Positions 12,376 to 26,027 of a stretch of 64,000 nt of DNA are shown in pieces. The stretch is taken from assembly GCA_964016885.1 (NCBI GenBank), contig OZ024755.1:37758001-37822000 (forward strand). Direction: 5' to 3'. This stretch comes from Eledone cirrhosa (Eukaryota). Below the pieces are notes generated by a model that saw only the letters and a list, made by a program, of their open reading frames with translations, searched no databases and was not told the DNA's origin. The translations under genes and the position numbers were made by a program. The stretch's first letter is position 1, and every line of letters begins with the position of its first letter.

Positions 12376-12756
12376 TTCATAAACTAAAAGTTAACTGATA
12401 TCCAGAAAGTTTAAATTTTTACTTTTTATCAACAGTTCAACTGTTAAATGTAGAATACTGGCTTGGCTGGTTAAGAAATTGACTTGACAATCATGAAGTT
12501 CAGGGCTCAACCCCACTGCCTGACACCTTGAGCAAGTGTCTTTACCATTGCCACAATCCGACACAAGTCCTGTGAATGAAATTGGGTAGACAGAAACTGT
12601 ATAAGAGCCTGTCAAATGAGCTGTAGCTTCATTTTAATTCAAAAGTTCAGCCCTGTCACATATTATGACCTGCTTATTCTGACCAAGAATTATATTAAGG
12701 GTACACGTGTCTGTGGCAAACTCAGCTACTTACACGTTAATTTATCAGTTTTAATA

Positions 12757-13945
12757 TAAGGAAATGATTGTGTACAGTGCTCAGGTGCACTACAACTCAT
12801 CAAAGGTGCATGTATAGTACTTAAAATAATATACAAATGTCAGGAAAGTGAACAGTGTATGAGTCATGATATACATGTGTGCGTATGTATGTAGGTGTAG
12901 TGTTGGTGAATCTCAGGAAGCATGGAGGTTTTAAAGGAAGCAGTGTCTCGACAGCTAACAACTGATGCAGGGAGTTTGTTCCATGGAGGTTTTAAAGGAT
13001 GCAGTGTCTCGACAGCTAACAACTGATGCAGGGAGTTAGTTCCATGGAGGTTTTAAAGGAAGCAGTGTCTCGACAGCTAACAACTGATGCAGGGAGTTTG
13101 TTCCATGGAGGTTTTAAAGGATGCAGTGTCTCGACAGCTAACAACTGATGCAGGTAGTTAGTTCCATGGAGGTTTTAAAGGATGCAGTGTCTCAACAGCT
13201 AACAACTGATGCAGGTAGTTTGTTCCATGGAGGTTTTAAAGGGTGCAGTGTCTCGACAGCTAACAACTGATGCAGGTAGTTTGTTCCATGGAAGTTTTAA
13301 AGGATGCAGTGTCTCGACAGCTAACAACTGATGCCGGTAGTTAGTTCCATGGAGGTTTTAAAGGATGCAGTGTCTCGACAGCTCACAACTGATGCAGGGA
13401 GTTTGTTCCATGGAAGTTTTGAAGGATGCAGTGTCTCGGCAGCTCACAACTGATGCAGGGAGTTTGTTCCATGGAGGTTTTAAAGGGTGCAGTGTCTCGA
13501 CAGCTAACAACTGATGCAGGGAGTTTGTTCCATGGAGGTTTTAAAGGGTGCAGTGTCTCGACAGCTAACAACTGATGCAGGTAGTTTGTTCCATGGTGGT
13601 TTTAAAGGATGCAATGTCTCGACAGCTCACAACTGATGCAGGGAGTTTGTTCCATGGAGGTTTTAAAGGGTGCAGTGTCTCGACAGCTAACAACTGATGC
13701 AGGGAGTTTGTTCCATGGAGGTTTTAAAGGATGCAGTGTCTCGACAGCTAACAACTGATGCAGGTAGTTTGTTCCATGGTGGTTTTAAAGGATGCAGTGT
13801 CTCGACAGCTAACAACTGATGCAGGGAGTTTGTTCCATGCTTCAGCAACTCTGAGCGTAAAAATTTTTTCCGAAAGTCATGGGAGCTGTACTGTTTTCTG
13901 ACTTTGTAGGCATGTCCACGTGTGTTAGACATATGGGATGCAAAA
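12757..13945 (-). mobile_element. CR1-like LINE 3' fragment
   Basis: SNTRGHAYKVRKQYSSHDF...WNKLPASVV and 3' UTR GTAGTGCACCTGAGCACTGT. Confidence 0.85.
12921..13839 (-). repeat. 61-bp tandem repeat (15 units)
   Basis: CATG anchor at 12921, 12982 ... 13836; same unit as 782-1152. Confidence 0.95.
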
Positions 13946-14004
13946 AAGTGATCGACCAACTGAATGCTTCTCGTCGAAATTGACGGATTTATACACTTAA
14001 CTTG

Positions 14005-14182
14005 CAATAATAATTGTTTCTACTTTTGGCACAAGGCCAGCAATTAACCAGTACATTACTGGTACTTTATTTTATCGACCCCGTAAGGATGAAAGGCAAC
14101 GTTAACATCGGTGGGATTTGAACTCGGAACATAAAGGAAGGTAACTATACTGGAAAGCATGGTGTCCGACCCTCTACCGATA
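14005..14182 (-). mobile_element. SINE family A
   Basis: Reverse complement of the family A head and core. Confidence 0.8.
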
Positions 14183-14347
14183 CAATTGTATACAAGTTAG
14201 TGAGATTGTAAGGTATGCTTAAAGGGGAATAACTCAATATATGTTGTAATTTCTTGGGGGAGTGATATTCTCTTGGCCGCGCTTTCTCAATATATACAGC
14301 GTTAGTTTAAGGTCTTATTTCTTTTTTTTTCTTTTATGTTAATATAT

Positions 14348-15152
14348 ATGTGTCTGTTTGTGTGTGCCTTGTGTCTGCTTGTGTCTGTTTGTGTGTGCCT
14401 TGTGTCTGTTTGTGTGTGCCTTGTGTCTGTTTGTGTGTGCCTTGTGTCTGTTTGTGTATGTTTGTGTGCGCCTTGTATCTGTTTGTGTGTGCCTTGTGTC
14501 TGTTTGTGTGTGCCTTGTGTCTGTTTGTGTCTGTTTGTGTGTGCCTTGTGTATGTTTGTGTGTGCCTTGTGTCTGTTTGTGTCTGTTTGTGTGTGCCTTG
14601 TGTATGTTTGTGTGTGCCTTGTGTCTGTTTGTGTGTGCCTTGTATCTGTTTGTGTCTGTTTGTGTGTGCCTTGTGTCTGTTTGTGTGTGCCTTGTGTCTG
14701 TTTGTGTGTGCCTTGTGTCTGTTTGTATGTGCCTTGTGTCTGTTTGTATCTGCCTTGTGTCTGTTTGTGTGCCATGTGTCTGTTTGTGTATGTCTCTCTG
14801 TGTCTATGTGTGTGTGTGTGTGTGTATGTCTCTGTGTCTATGTGTGTGTGTGTGTGTGTGGATGTTTGTTTGTGTGTGTCTGTGTCTCTGTTTGTGTGTT
14901 TGTGTCTGTCTGTATGTGTGTATGTCTGTCTGTGTGTGTGTGTGTCTGTCTGTCTGTGTGTGTGTCTGTGTCTGTATGTCTCTCTCTCTCTGTCTGCCTG
15001 TGTGTCTGTCTGTCTCTCTGTCTCTCTGTCTCTGTTTGTCTGTGTGTGTCTGTCTGTGTGTCTGTCTGTCTCTGTCTGTCTGCCTGTCTGTCCTGTCTAT
15101 GTGTCTGTGTCAGTCTGTCTGTCTATCTGTCTATGTGTCTGTCTGTCTGTGT
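14348..15152. repeat. GT-rich 21-bp minisatellite grading into (GT/GTCT)n
   Basis: GTGTCTGTTTGTGTGTGCCTT repeats. Confidence 0.9.
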
Positions 15153-15449
15153 AGAATATTGTGGAAATTGTTTCTGACGTCTGTTGAAACAAAACAACAA
15201 AAAAAAAACGTTGAAAAAAAAGATGGAGACTGGGATTCTTGTAAATGTAATAAAATACTAACAATAATAATAATTGTTTTCTACTTTAGGCACAAGGCCA
15301 GCAATTCTGGGGGAGGGGAACCCGATTAAATCAACCCCAGTGTATTACTGGTACTTTATTTTATTGACCCTGTAAGGATGAAAGACAAAACTAAACTCAG
15401 TTAATAAAAGCCTGATGTATTGGATTAAGTGTGAATTATTATTATTATT

Positions 15450-16635
15450 GGTGGATTGGCAGTATCGGTAGAGGGTCGGACACCATGGGTGGTGTACTGG
15501 CAGTATCGGTAGAGGGTCGGACACCATGGGTGGTGGACTGGCAGTATCGGTAGAGGGTCGGACACCATGGGTGGTGTACTGGCAGTATCGGTAGAGGGTC
15601 AGACACCATGGGTGGTGGATTGGCAGTATCGGTAGAGGGTCGGACACCATGGGTGGTGTACTGGCAGTATCGGTAGAGGGTCGGACACCATGGGTGGTGG
15701 ACTGGCAGTATCGGTAGAGGGTCGGACACCATGGGTGGTGGATTGGCAGTATCGGTAGAGGGTCGGAGACCATGGCTGGTGGATTGGCAGTATCGGTAGA
15801 GGGTCGGACACCATGGCTGGTGGATTGGCAGTATTGGTAGAGGGTCGGACACCATGGGTGGTGGATTGGCAGTATCGGTAGAGGGTTGGAGACCATGGCT
15901 GGTGGATTGGCAGTATCGGTAGAGGGTCGGAGACCATGGCTGGTGGATTGGCAGTATCGGTAGAGGGTCGGACACCATGGCTGGTGGATTGGCAGTATCG
16001 GTAGAGGGTCGGACACCATGGCTGGTGGATTGGCAGTATCGGTAGAGGGTCGGACACCATGGGTGGTGGATTGGCAGTATCGGTAGAGGGTCGGACACCA
16101 TGGGTGGTGGATTGGCAGTATCGGTAGAGGGTCGGAGACCATGGGTGGTGGATTGGCAGTATCGGTAGAGGGTCGGACGCCATGGGTGGTGGATTGGCAG
16201 TATCGGTAGAGGGTCGGACACCATGGGTGGTGGATTGGCAGTATCGGTAGAGGGTCGGACACCATGGGTGGTGGATTGGCAGTATCGGTAGAGGGTCGGA
16301 CACCATGGGTGGTGGATTGGCAGTATCGGTAGAGGGTCGGAGACCATGGGTGGTGGATTGGCAGTATCGGTAGAGGGTCGGAGACCATGGGTGGTGGATT
16401 GGCAGTATCGGTAGAGGGTCGGACGCCATGGGTGGTGGATTGGCAGTATCGGTAGAGGGTCGGAGACCATGGGTGGTGGATTGGCAGTATCGGTAGAGGG
16501 TCGGAGACCATGGGTGGTGGATTGGCAGTATCGGTAGAGGGTCGGAGACCATGGGTGGTGGATTGGCAGTATCGGTAGAGGGTTGGATGCCATAGCTGGT
16601 GGATTGGCAGTATCGGTAGAGGGTCGGATGCCATG
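15450..16635 (+). repeat. 41-bp tandem repeat (about 29 units) of the SINE A 5' head
   Basis: GGTGGATTGGCAGTATCGGTAGAGGGTCGGACACCATGGGT; the last unit continues into a full SINE. Confidence 0.95.
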
Positions 16636-17563
16636 CTTTGACACAGAGTTACAGCCCTTGCCATCTGAGTTCAAATCCCACCGAGGTTAGCTTTGCCTTT
16701 CATCCTTACGGGGTCGATAAAATAAAGTACCAGTAATGCACTGGGTAATTGCTGGCCTTGTGCCAAAAGTACAAACAATTATTATTATTGTTATGTCAGT
16801 GGATTGCAGCATATAGTTACGTCCCTTTGTGCTCTGAGTTCAAATCTCGCCATGATTAACTTTACCTCTCATCCTTACGGGGCCGATAGGACAGTGGATA
16901 GAGCAATGGCTAAAATGCTAAAATTATTTGTGGCATATAGTTACAGCCCTTTATATTCTGAATTCAAATCCAGCCGAGATCAACTTTGCCTTTCATTCTC
17001 ACGGGGTCGATAAAATAAAGTACCAGTAACACACTTGGGTTGATTTAATTGCCTTTTCCTTCCCCCAAAATTGTTGGCCTTGTGCTTAAATTGGAAGCCA
17101 TTATTCATCATTGGTGGATTGGCAATATCGGTAGAGGGTCGGACGCCATGCTTTCATGCATAGAGTTACGGCCCTTGCCATTCTGAGTTCAAATCCCACC
17201 GAGGTTAACTTTGCCTTTCATCCTTACGGGGGTCGATAAAATAAAGTACCAGTAACACACTGAGATATTTGCTGGCCTTGTGCCAAAGGTAGAAACAATT
17301 ATTATCATCATAAGTTATACCTTCATTGTATGTTGTTAGAGTATTACCCAACAGATCCCTGTCTTGACTGCATGCAATGTTATATTTGTGGTGGGGTTGC
17401 TTCTATTATAAGTGTTTCTACTTTTGGCACAAGGCCAGCAAATACCCAGTACATTACTGGTACTTTATTTTATCGACCCCGTAAGGATGAAAGGCAAAGT
17501 TAACCTCGGCGGGATTTGAACTCAGAATGGCAAGGTGTCTGACCCTCTACCGATACTGCCAAT
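16597..17563. mobile_element. Cluster of tRNA-derived SINE A copies
   Basis: Plus copies at about 16597-16788, 16800-17105 and 17112-17305; minus copy at 17412-17563; A-box-like TGGCAGTATCGG, B box GAGTTCAAATCC, core GCCTTTCATCCTTACGGGGTCGATAAA (Meta/MESC-like domain, unverified). Confidence 0.85.
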
Positions 17564-17718
17564 GAAAGTATCATTCTAATATTTGTGCAGTACCTAGTAG
17601 TTCTTTTCTCTGAATGTTGTCTATATTTGTAAGTCCTGAGGGTTTCGTTATATACCTCTCACGGGACTATTTTTTATCATTCCCAGAGCATCTACTATTA
17701 TAGGCATTGTTTCTCTTG

Positions 17719-18013
17719 TCATCATCATCATCATCATCACCGTTTTACGTCCGTTCTTCCACGCTAGCATGGGTTAGACGGGTTGTCCTGTTGTGGGCAG
17801 TGTCTGGTCGGCTGACCATGCCTTGCTCATACAGGAACTGATTTGGCTTGATTTCTACAGCTCGATGCCCTTCCTAACACCAACCTCATTTACAGTGAGT
17901 GCTGGGTGCTTTTTCGTGGCGCCTACACGTCCACTTTACAGTGTGGGCTGGGTGCTTTTTTGCCGTGGCACCTCCACGACCACCTTGCGGTGGGGGTGTG
18001 GGGGCATATTGTC
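17719..18013 (-). mobile_element. RTE 3' UTR fragment
   Basis: Same UTR as 10163-10465. Confidence 0.85.
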
Positions 18014-18039
18014 TATATATATATATGTATATATATATA

Positions 18040-18253
18040 AGGCGTGTGACTGAGTGGTTAGAGAATTGCATTCGCAATTGTGAGGTTGTGAGTTCGATTT
18101 CTGGACCAGGCGATGCGTTATGTCCTTGATCAAGACACTTTATTTCACGTTGCACCGTCTACCTGGAGTTGCGACCGATAGATAGTATTCGCAATTGGAA
18201 AGACCAACAGAAACATTGTTTCCTCGGTCCGATTTGACGAAAGTCGATTGCCA
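18040..18253 (+). mobile_element. tRNA/CORE-like SINE family B in (TA)n
   Basis: TGACTGAGTGG..GTTCGATT..TGTCCTTGATCAAGACACTTTA; structured tail shared with copies at 44482 and 1367. Confidence 0.8.
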
Positions 18254-18280
18254 AAAAAAAAATATATATATATATATATA

Positions 18281-18712
18281 TACGATATTAACAAATGGAA
18301 ACTATATTTATAAAACCATATCTATTTTATTATACATATTTAAAGGATACCATGTTAAATTATGGTATGCTTTCATCAGACAAAATACAATATAAACCAG
18401 TTTTATAAATAAACATTGACGTACCCTTTGAAAAAGCAACCGTTACTTTTGGAAGACATCAAGCAAAAGTAACGGTTGCTTTTTGAAAGGGTACGTCAAT
18501 GTTTATTTATAAAACTGGTTGATATTGTATTTTGTCTGATGAAAGCATACCATAATTTAACATGGTATCCTTGAAATATGTATAATAAAATAGATATGGT
18601 TTTATAAATATTTGTTAATATCGTATATTTACTCCAAATACTTGTCGAGTGCTTTATATCAGTTATAAAATATTTGCTTGTTGTATCCCAACAATTTAAA
18701 TAGAACTTTTGC
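18281..18712 (+). mobile_element. Short fold-back Penelope-like insertion (family H2)
   Basis: Inverted arms about 18281-18451/18464-18625 plus a 90-bp unique tail, flanked by (TA)n. Confidence 0.75.
18528..18592 (+). ncRNA. Minimal hammerhead ribozyme (H2)
   Basis: TATTTTGT-CTGATGA-AAGCATACCAT..ATGGTATCCTT-GAAA-TATGTAT-A-ATAAAATA. Confidence 0.8.
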
Positions 18713-18731
18713 ATATATATATATATATATG

Positions 18732-19480
18732 AGGGTGGCAGGTTTGACAGCATTGGTAGGGCATTGGACACCATGATTTACAGCATAGTTATGGCCCTTT
18801 ATATTTTGGGTTCAAATCCTGCCGAGGTTAGTTTGCTGTTCATCCTTACAGGGTTGATAAAATAAAGTACCAGTAATGCACTGGGGTAATTGCTGGCCTT
18901 GTGCCAAAAGTAGAAACAATTATTTAAATTGACAGTCGTTTGAAAGTCAAGTAGAATATTGCATGGTATTTATTTCGGCGCTCTCTGCTTTGTATTCAAA
19001 TCTTGTTGGGGTTAACTTCAGGGGGAGTCAGCTGCTGAGGGTGGCTGGATGGGGCAATAAAATCAAGTACCAATCAAGTACCGGGGTCAATGTAATTGAC
19101 TTTCCCTTCCCTTCAAACGGCTGGCTTTCCGGCTAAATTAGATACCACTATCATTATTATTATTACTTATAGTATAGATTAGGGCAGTGGTTCAGCGTCG
19201 GGCAACATGCTTTGTGGCATAGAGTTGTGGCCCTTTACGATCTGAGTTAAAATCCCACCAAGATTAGTTTTGCTTTTCATCCTTACAGGGTTGATAAATG
19301 AAGCACCAGCACTGGGGAAATTGCTGGCCTTGTGCCAAAAGTAGGAAGAAAATCGTTAGAGCATCAGACACCATGCTTTGCAACATAGAGTTATGGCTAT
19401 TTACGTTCTGAGTTCAAATCCTGTAGAGGTTTAACTCTGCTTTTCATCCTTACAGGGTTGATAAATAAGACAGCAGTAAT
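18732..19480 (+). mobile_element. Cluster of degenerate SINE A copies
   Basis: Repeated TTCATCCTTACAGGGTTGATAAA core. Confidence 0.75.
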
Positions 19481-20124
19481 GCACATGGAACATTGACCTT
19501 AAACAAGGATGACAATGATGATCACCTCATAGTAGTTTTGTTTTTATGGTGGAATAAGGTAATTGTTGATATTCTTTCAAAACCAGTAAAGGTCAAAACA
19601 CTGCAATAATGGGGTAGATACCCTCGTTTTCTCTAACCTTTTCAAACTACTTTCTATTTTTACCTGCTACATCTTATACATAATCACCAGCTTCCATATG
19701 TTGTTCATCATCGCCTTTATTTGTATTGCTTTTTATTTTTATGCTTTTTAAAACATTTTTTTAATCCATCCTGTCTATTTATTCTTTTATTCTTCCATTC
19801 CTTTAGAATTAGAATGGTTTCTTACACCTTAAAAATAATTCTAAGATGAGTTATAAATTAACTGGCAAACTATTTTTACTTTTTTCAGCTGTTATATATT
19901 TTTACCTGAGACATACATGCATACTATGCACACACATACATAATATGCATATACACGCACACACATATACGCACATATACACACACATACTCCCATATGG
20001 ACATGTATGTATAGGCACTCAGATATTTTTACTTGAGAAATAGCTGTTCATAGTTTGTTATCAATTAACATTAAATTTGTTTATTAACTGCAAATAAGTT
20101 TTTTCAAGTAGAAAGGTGTATGCA

Positions 20125-20339
20125 TGTGTGTGTGTGTATATATATATATGTGTGTGTGTGTATACATACATATATAGTGTGTGTGTGTATATATATATAG
20201 GTATATATATGTGTGTATACATACATATATAGTATATATGTGTGTGTGTATATATACATATATATATATATATGTGTGTGTGTGTATAGGTATATATATA
20301 TATATATATATAGGTATATATATATGTGTGTGTGTGTAT

Positions 20340-20380
<41 letters not shown>

Positions 20381-20958
20381 GGTATATATATATATGTGTG
20401 TGTGTGTATATATATAGGTATATATATATATGTGTGTGTGTGTATATATATATAGGTATATATATATATGTGTGTGTGTGTATATATATAGGTATATATA
20501 TATGTGTGTGTGTATATATATAGGTATATATATATGTGTGTGTGTATATATATAGGTATATATATATGTGTGTGTGTGTATATATATAGGTATATATATA
20601 TGTGTGTGTGTATATATATAGGTATATATATATGTGTGTGTGTATATATATAGGTATATATATATGTGTGTGTGTATATATATAGGTATATATATATGTG
20701 TGTGTGTATGTATATATATAGGTATATATATGTGTGTGTGTGTATATATATATAGGTATATATATGTGTGTGTATATATATGTGTGTATATATATATATA
20801 TGTGTGTGTGTATATATATAGGTATATATATGTGTGTTTATATATATATATATAAATGTGTTTTTATAAATATATATATATATAGGTATAAATATGTGTG
20901 TGTGTATATATATATATATATATGTCTGTGTGTGTGTATAAGGTATATATATGTGTGT

Positions 20959-21003
<45 letters not shown>

Positions 21004-21742
21004 TATATAAATGTATTTTTATATATATAGGTATAAATATGTGTGTGTATATATATATATATAGGTATATATATATATATATGTGTGTTTGTATGTGTGT
21101 GTGTATAAGGTATATGTGTGTATATAGGTATATATATGTGTGTTTATATATATATATATATATATATATAGGTATATATATATATATATGTGTATGTATA
21201 GGTATATATGTGTGTGTATATGTGTGTGTGTATGGATGTATGTGTATACATGTATAATATAAGTGAGTTAAATAAGACCATAAAGACCATTTAAGGATGA
21301 GGGAGGGGTGGCTGGAAGGGGTGGCAATGGAAAGAACTGTTGGTGAAGAGATTATAATTGAATTTCTACATTATATAGACAACGAATGTAATATCTTGTG
21401 AATTTAACACACCCCGTGTTTATATAGGCATGATTGTGTAAATATCTATATATACATGTGTACATACATACATACATGAACACATAGGCATGCACAAACA
21501 TGCATACATATGTACATACATGCATGCATGAACACATACACATATGCACATGCATGCATGAACACATGCACATGTACATACATGCGTACATGTGTACATA
21601 CATGCATACATATGTACATACATGTGGACATATGTACATACATGCGTACATATGTACATACATGCGTACATATACATGTACATACATTTATACATACACA
21701 TGTATATACATGCATACATACACATGTACATACATTTATACA
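20125..21742. repeat. Compound (TA)/(GT)/(CATA/CATG) microsatellites
   Basis: Direct inspection; short unique spacer at about 21256-21445. Confidence 0.9.
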
Positions 21743-21744
21743 TG

Positions 21745-22352
21745 GTGGCTGCCAACTCGTTTTCGAGTATGGCCACTACTTTATATCCATGTAGGAGAAC
21801 CCCTACCGATGCGCTGAACGAGTGTGACTTTTTAGTCCAGCCAGCGACTTGAAAACTCTGGTACAAACACTACACTTGCGACAATTACTGACACATAGTG
21901 CTGGGCCCATGGTACCATGTGATGACAAGTGCAGAGAGATCTCCAGATATAAAGCAATGCCTGTGCCGTGAAGCTTTTATAGTGAGCAAAGGCACTGCAC
22001 AAAGCCAGTCCCACTCTCTTAACCAAGATGATATTTACCAAAAAGAAGAACAAGTCAACATCATTGGATACCATCAGAGTTGCAGGTGTTATATCAGAGT
22101 TTTCCTTCTCCTAGAATTCTGCCTTGACAAAGGCTAAGGGGTCATCTCTTCCGGTGATTTTGGATGGCCATTGACTCTTAAGAGCTCCTTTGCCCTTTGA
22201 CAGGTTTTGTTTTTAGTCCTGCAGGATGTCCAAAGTCACCCTCCTCACCAAGAAACCTTGGTGGGGGGGTTGCCAGTTTAGTCGCCAACGACCCGACCAT
22301 GAGACAGGTTGTACTGGGATACATGTTACCAGTAGCACCAACTGGTGACCTG
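21745..22352 (-). mobile_element. Probable RTE 5' UTR-like fragment
   Basis: Minus-strand TTAGCCTTTGTCAAGGCAG..CTAGGAGAAGGAAAACTCTG resembles RTE 5' regions; GC-richer block between microsatellites. Confidence 0.4.
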
Positions 22353-22764
22353 ACATATACATTTATACATACACATGTACATATATGCATGCATGTACAT
22401 ACATGCATGCACATGTACATACATGTGTACATTTGTACATACATACATGCATGCTTGAACACATACACATGCATGTGTACACACATGTGCATAAACACCT
22501 ACATGCATGTGTATATACATGTGTGTGTTCAGATATACGTGTCCATTAGCACATACATACGCATGTACACATACACCCATGCATATATGCACACACACAC
22601 ACACAAACAGACATATATATATACACACCCATGGACATACATGTACACACACACACACATGGGCAGACACATACATTTACACACATTCATGTGTACACAC
22701 ATATTTGCTATAACTATTTTACACAGACACATATATATATATACATACACACATATATGTATGG

Positions 22765-22799
<35 letters not shown>

Positions 22800-22949
22800 C
22801 ATACACACATATATGTACGGACACACACACACACACATATATATACATACACACATATATGTATGGACACACACATATATACATACACACATATATGTAC
22901 GGACACACACACATATATATATGCTTACACACATGGAAATGCACATACA

Positions 22950-23550
22950 CACGAATTGAGAGAGAGACTGGGCATAAGAGGAATCAAAAGGTGTGTGCAG
23001 GAGAGGAGGTTGCGTTGGTATGGACATGTGATGCATATGAAGGATGACAGCTGCATAAAAAGGTGCAGAGCACTAGAAGTCGATGGAAGCTGCGGAGTGG
23101 GGAGACCCACGAAGACCTGGGATGAGGTGATAAAGGCCGACCTTACCCAATTGCACCTCTCAAAGGCGATGACACACGACCGTGACCTCTGACATTATGC
23201 AGTAATACAGAAGACCCGACTTCCCACAGGAACAAGGCGAAGCTGAAGCGTATAGACAATATTCCCCCATTCCCCTCCCACTGCAAAGTGGTCGTGGAGG
23301 TGTCACGACAAAAAAGCACCCATTCCACACTGTAAAGTGGACGTGTAGACCCCATGGTAAAAAAGCACCCAGCACTCACTGTAAATGAGGTTGGTGTTAG
23401 GAAGGGCATCCAGCTGTAGAAATCAAGCCAAGATCAGTTCTGTATGAGCAAGACATGGTCACTCAACCTGACATTGCCCACGACAGGACAACCAGTCTAA
23501 CCCATGCTAGCGTGGAAGAATGGATGTAAAATGGTGATGATGATGATGAT
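22950..23550 (+). mobile_element. RTE 3' fragment
   Basis: [26 protein letters not shown]...GRPTKTW, UTR and (GAT)n. Confidence 0.9.
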
Positions 23551-23557
23551 ATAGATA

Positions 23558-23890
23558 CAGTTGTCCCCTGGGATTCCTGGGTGTTATGTTCATAGAGCAC
23601 CCACAAAGAGTGAAAAACAGTGAATATTGGACGTTGAACATAAAAATGCCTATAAACTTCAAAACATGACGTAAAATAAGGCTGGCAAATACGGTATATT
23701 GTTATTAATAATTTAGCGTTAAAAAGGGTGAAATAATATATATTGCCATGAAAAAAGCCATAACAAATCAGAGAAGATATTTACAAATCCGCGAATATGC
23801 ATTGGTTTTCCCGAACAGTTATTAATTAGGTTCTAAGGAAAATTCCTCGAATAACCGGGACTGTGAGAATGTTGGGACCGCAAATGCCGG
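23558..23890 (+). mobile_element. Possible Tigger/pogo-like MITE remnant
   Basis: Starts TA|CAGTTGTCCCCTG; right end lost in a microsatellite. Confidence 0.35.
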
Positions 23891-23967
<77 letters not shown>

Positions 23968-23976
<9 letters not shown>

Positions 23977-24460
23977 AGATCAAAAGATGGTTAAATGAGT
24001 TCCATGTATTTTATTATGCGCATTTCAAAAACAAATATCATCATGCAATAACATTTGTGTTTTCATCAGATAAAATAGGAAGACATGATATGAAGGTTAA
24101 AAACACTTGTGGATAGTGCAGTTTTAAATCAACATATGAAAAGTAGTTTTAGATTGATGTGTGATATTGGGGAAAAAAAAGATTTTGAGGGGGGGGGGGT
24201 AGGAGATGAGAGTAAAAAGTGGAGGGGGAGGAGTATAATGAGGAAGGATGAGATAGGAGGAGAGATGGGTGATAGAGAGAGAGAGATAGCTTTTATAACT
24301 GAGAAAAATATATTGTTTTACATAGAGAAAAATACATGGAACTCATTTAACCATCTTTTGATCTTATATATTATGTATACTCCAGTCCTACAAACTGTAG
24401 AGTGCTTCTTATCCGATATCTGCATTGCTTTATTGTACTACAATAAAACTCACCTCCTAC
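23968..24460. mobile_element. Penelope-like fold-back remnant (family H3)
   Basis: About 23968-24012 is inverted relative to about 24329-24374; (TA)n flanks; hammerhead inside. Confidence 0.65.
24007..24077 (-). ncRNA. Minimal hammerhead ribozyme (H3)
   Basis: TATTTTAT-CTGATGA-AAACACAAATGTTA..TGATATTTGTTTTT-GAAA-TGCGCAT-A-ATAAAATA; perfect 8-bp stem I, palindromic ATGCGCAT. Confidence 0.85.
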
Positions 24461-25000
24461 ATATATATATATATATAAATATATATATATATGCCTCACT
24501 GTTGACAGACTCTTACATATATCTCATTTCTTACCACTGTTATGGGTTACTGCAGGTTGACATAAATAAACATTAATCAAGAATCTATCTCAGTTGTTTG
24601 AAAATGTTAGATAAAAAAACCTTCTTATCTTAATCCTGTATCTTATTTTTCATTTTGATATCTATTACTTCACATACAACCTTCTCCTCATCCTTCAATT
24701 CTTGTTGTCAGGTTATCTAATACTTTTCATGATCTTGATTTCAGTTTTTCGAAAATAAGATCTGGATTTATCTATCATCTTTATAAGAAAAAGAAGAAAG
24801 CTGTAAATAATTGATAAGTAGTGTATTTTGAAGGCAATCTACAGTTCACATCATTTCTACTTGACACTCTCAAAATGGTCATTTACACTCTTTTTTATAG
24901 AGCAATGCTGGGAGAAATGATTTAGTTAGTTTACATCCATTTTTCTTCCATGCTTGTTTGAATTGGCCAAAGTTTGGGGCTTATCTTGGTTTCATAGCCA

Positions 25001-25205
25001 TTAACCCTTTAGCATTTAAACTGGCCATATCTAGCCAGAGTTGTCTCACCTTTTTCTGTTAAAACTGGCCATCACTGGCTGCTCATACTGATGTTAAGAT
25101 ATTGTTCTAAAAATAAATATCAAATCTCATAAATTCGATATTATGTGAGATAAAGTGTTTACCGTGAAAATACAATAGTATATATAGAGTAATATAAATG
25201 GTTAA
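25001..25205 (+). mobile_element. TTAA MITE
   Basis: TTAACCCTTTAGCATTTAAA...TAAATGGTTAA. Confidence 0.8.
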
Positions 25206-25780
25206 AGGTTGAGTGACAGAGTACAAGGAGCATTTTTCATGCTAAAGCAAGGGTTAGTTTTGCAAACCCTATAATAGGTTTCACACTCATTATGGGGATA
25301 TTTTTCGAAGCAGTGTTTTACAGCTCTATCCACTTACCTTTGCCAATCCTTTTACTCACATCTTCTGTCCCATTCACTGGGCTATGAATAGTGTACTTAA
25401 TCTAAACTGGATGCAATTTCCATTAAAGGGAGAATATTTTTGTCTTTCAACTAGACATTACTCCAAGTTTAAGGTATTTCAACACAGTTGTTACATACCA
25501 AAAATATTTCAAATACTTATATCACTCCCCTGAGTTTATCAATCATAGATGTTTTATTTTTTTCTAGTTATAAGATAACATCAGCAGAAATTAGAATTAA
25601 GCTAATTATTGTTGAGGTGATGTTTATATTTTACTCAATGATTTTGTGTTTGCTATATTGTATAGATTTATTTATTTTTAACTTGGTAAACAGACAGGAA
25701 AAAACCCCAGTTTCAATGCCCAAGAATCACTGTTTGTAATAATGGCACATCTACATTTCTACCAGAAGTTAAGGGCTCAA

Positions 25781-25829
<49 letters not shown>

Positions 25830-25887
25830 TATAATAATAATAATAATACAAGGATGAATGGTTACCCCTTCATTACGTTTATTGGTT

Positions 25888-25972
25888 AGTGACACGCGTT
25901 TCGCTATTGATCAGTTCAAGGTTTGATCTGTATCGATCTGGCCTGACTCTGATATCTGAAGCTCGTCAGACC
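25888..25972 (-). ncRNA. Hammerhead ribozyme motif (H4)
   Basis: GGT-CTGACGA-GCT..AGC-GAAA-CGCGTGT-C-ACT; weak stem I. Confidence 0.6.
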
Positions 25973-26027
25973 TCTGTGGTAGTAATGACAGGTGAACCTA
26001 CATCCACGGCCTGGATATATATATATC

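Noticed and set aside
15345-16674. Long Pro-rich ORFs (317-439 aa)
   Set aside because: By-product of the stop-free 41-bp SINE-head tandem; open in all three minus frames
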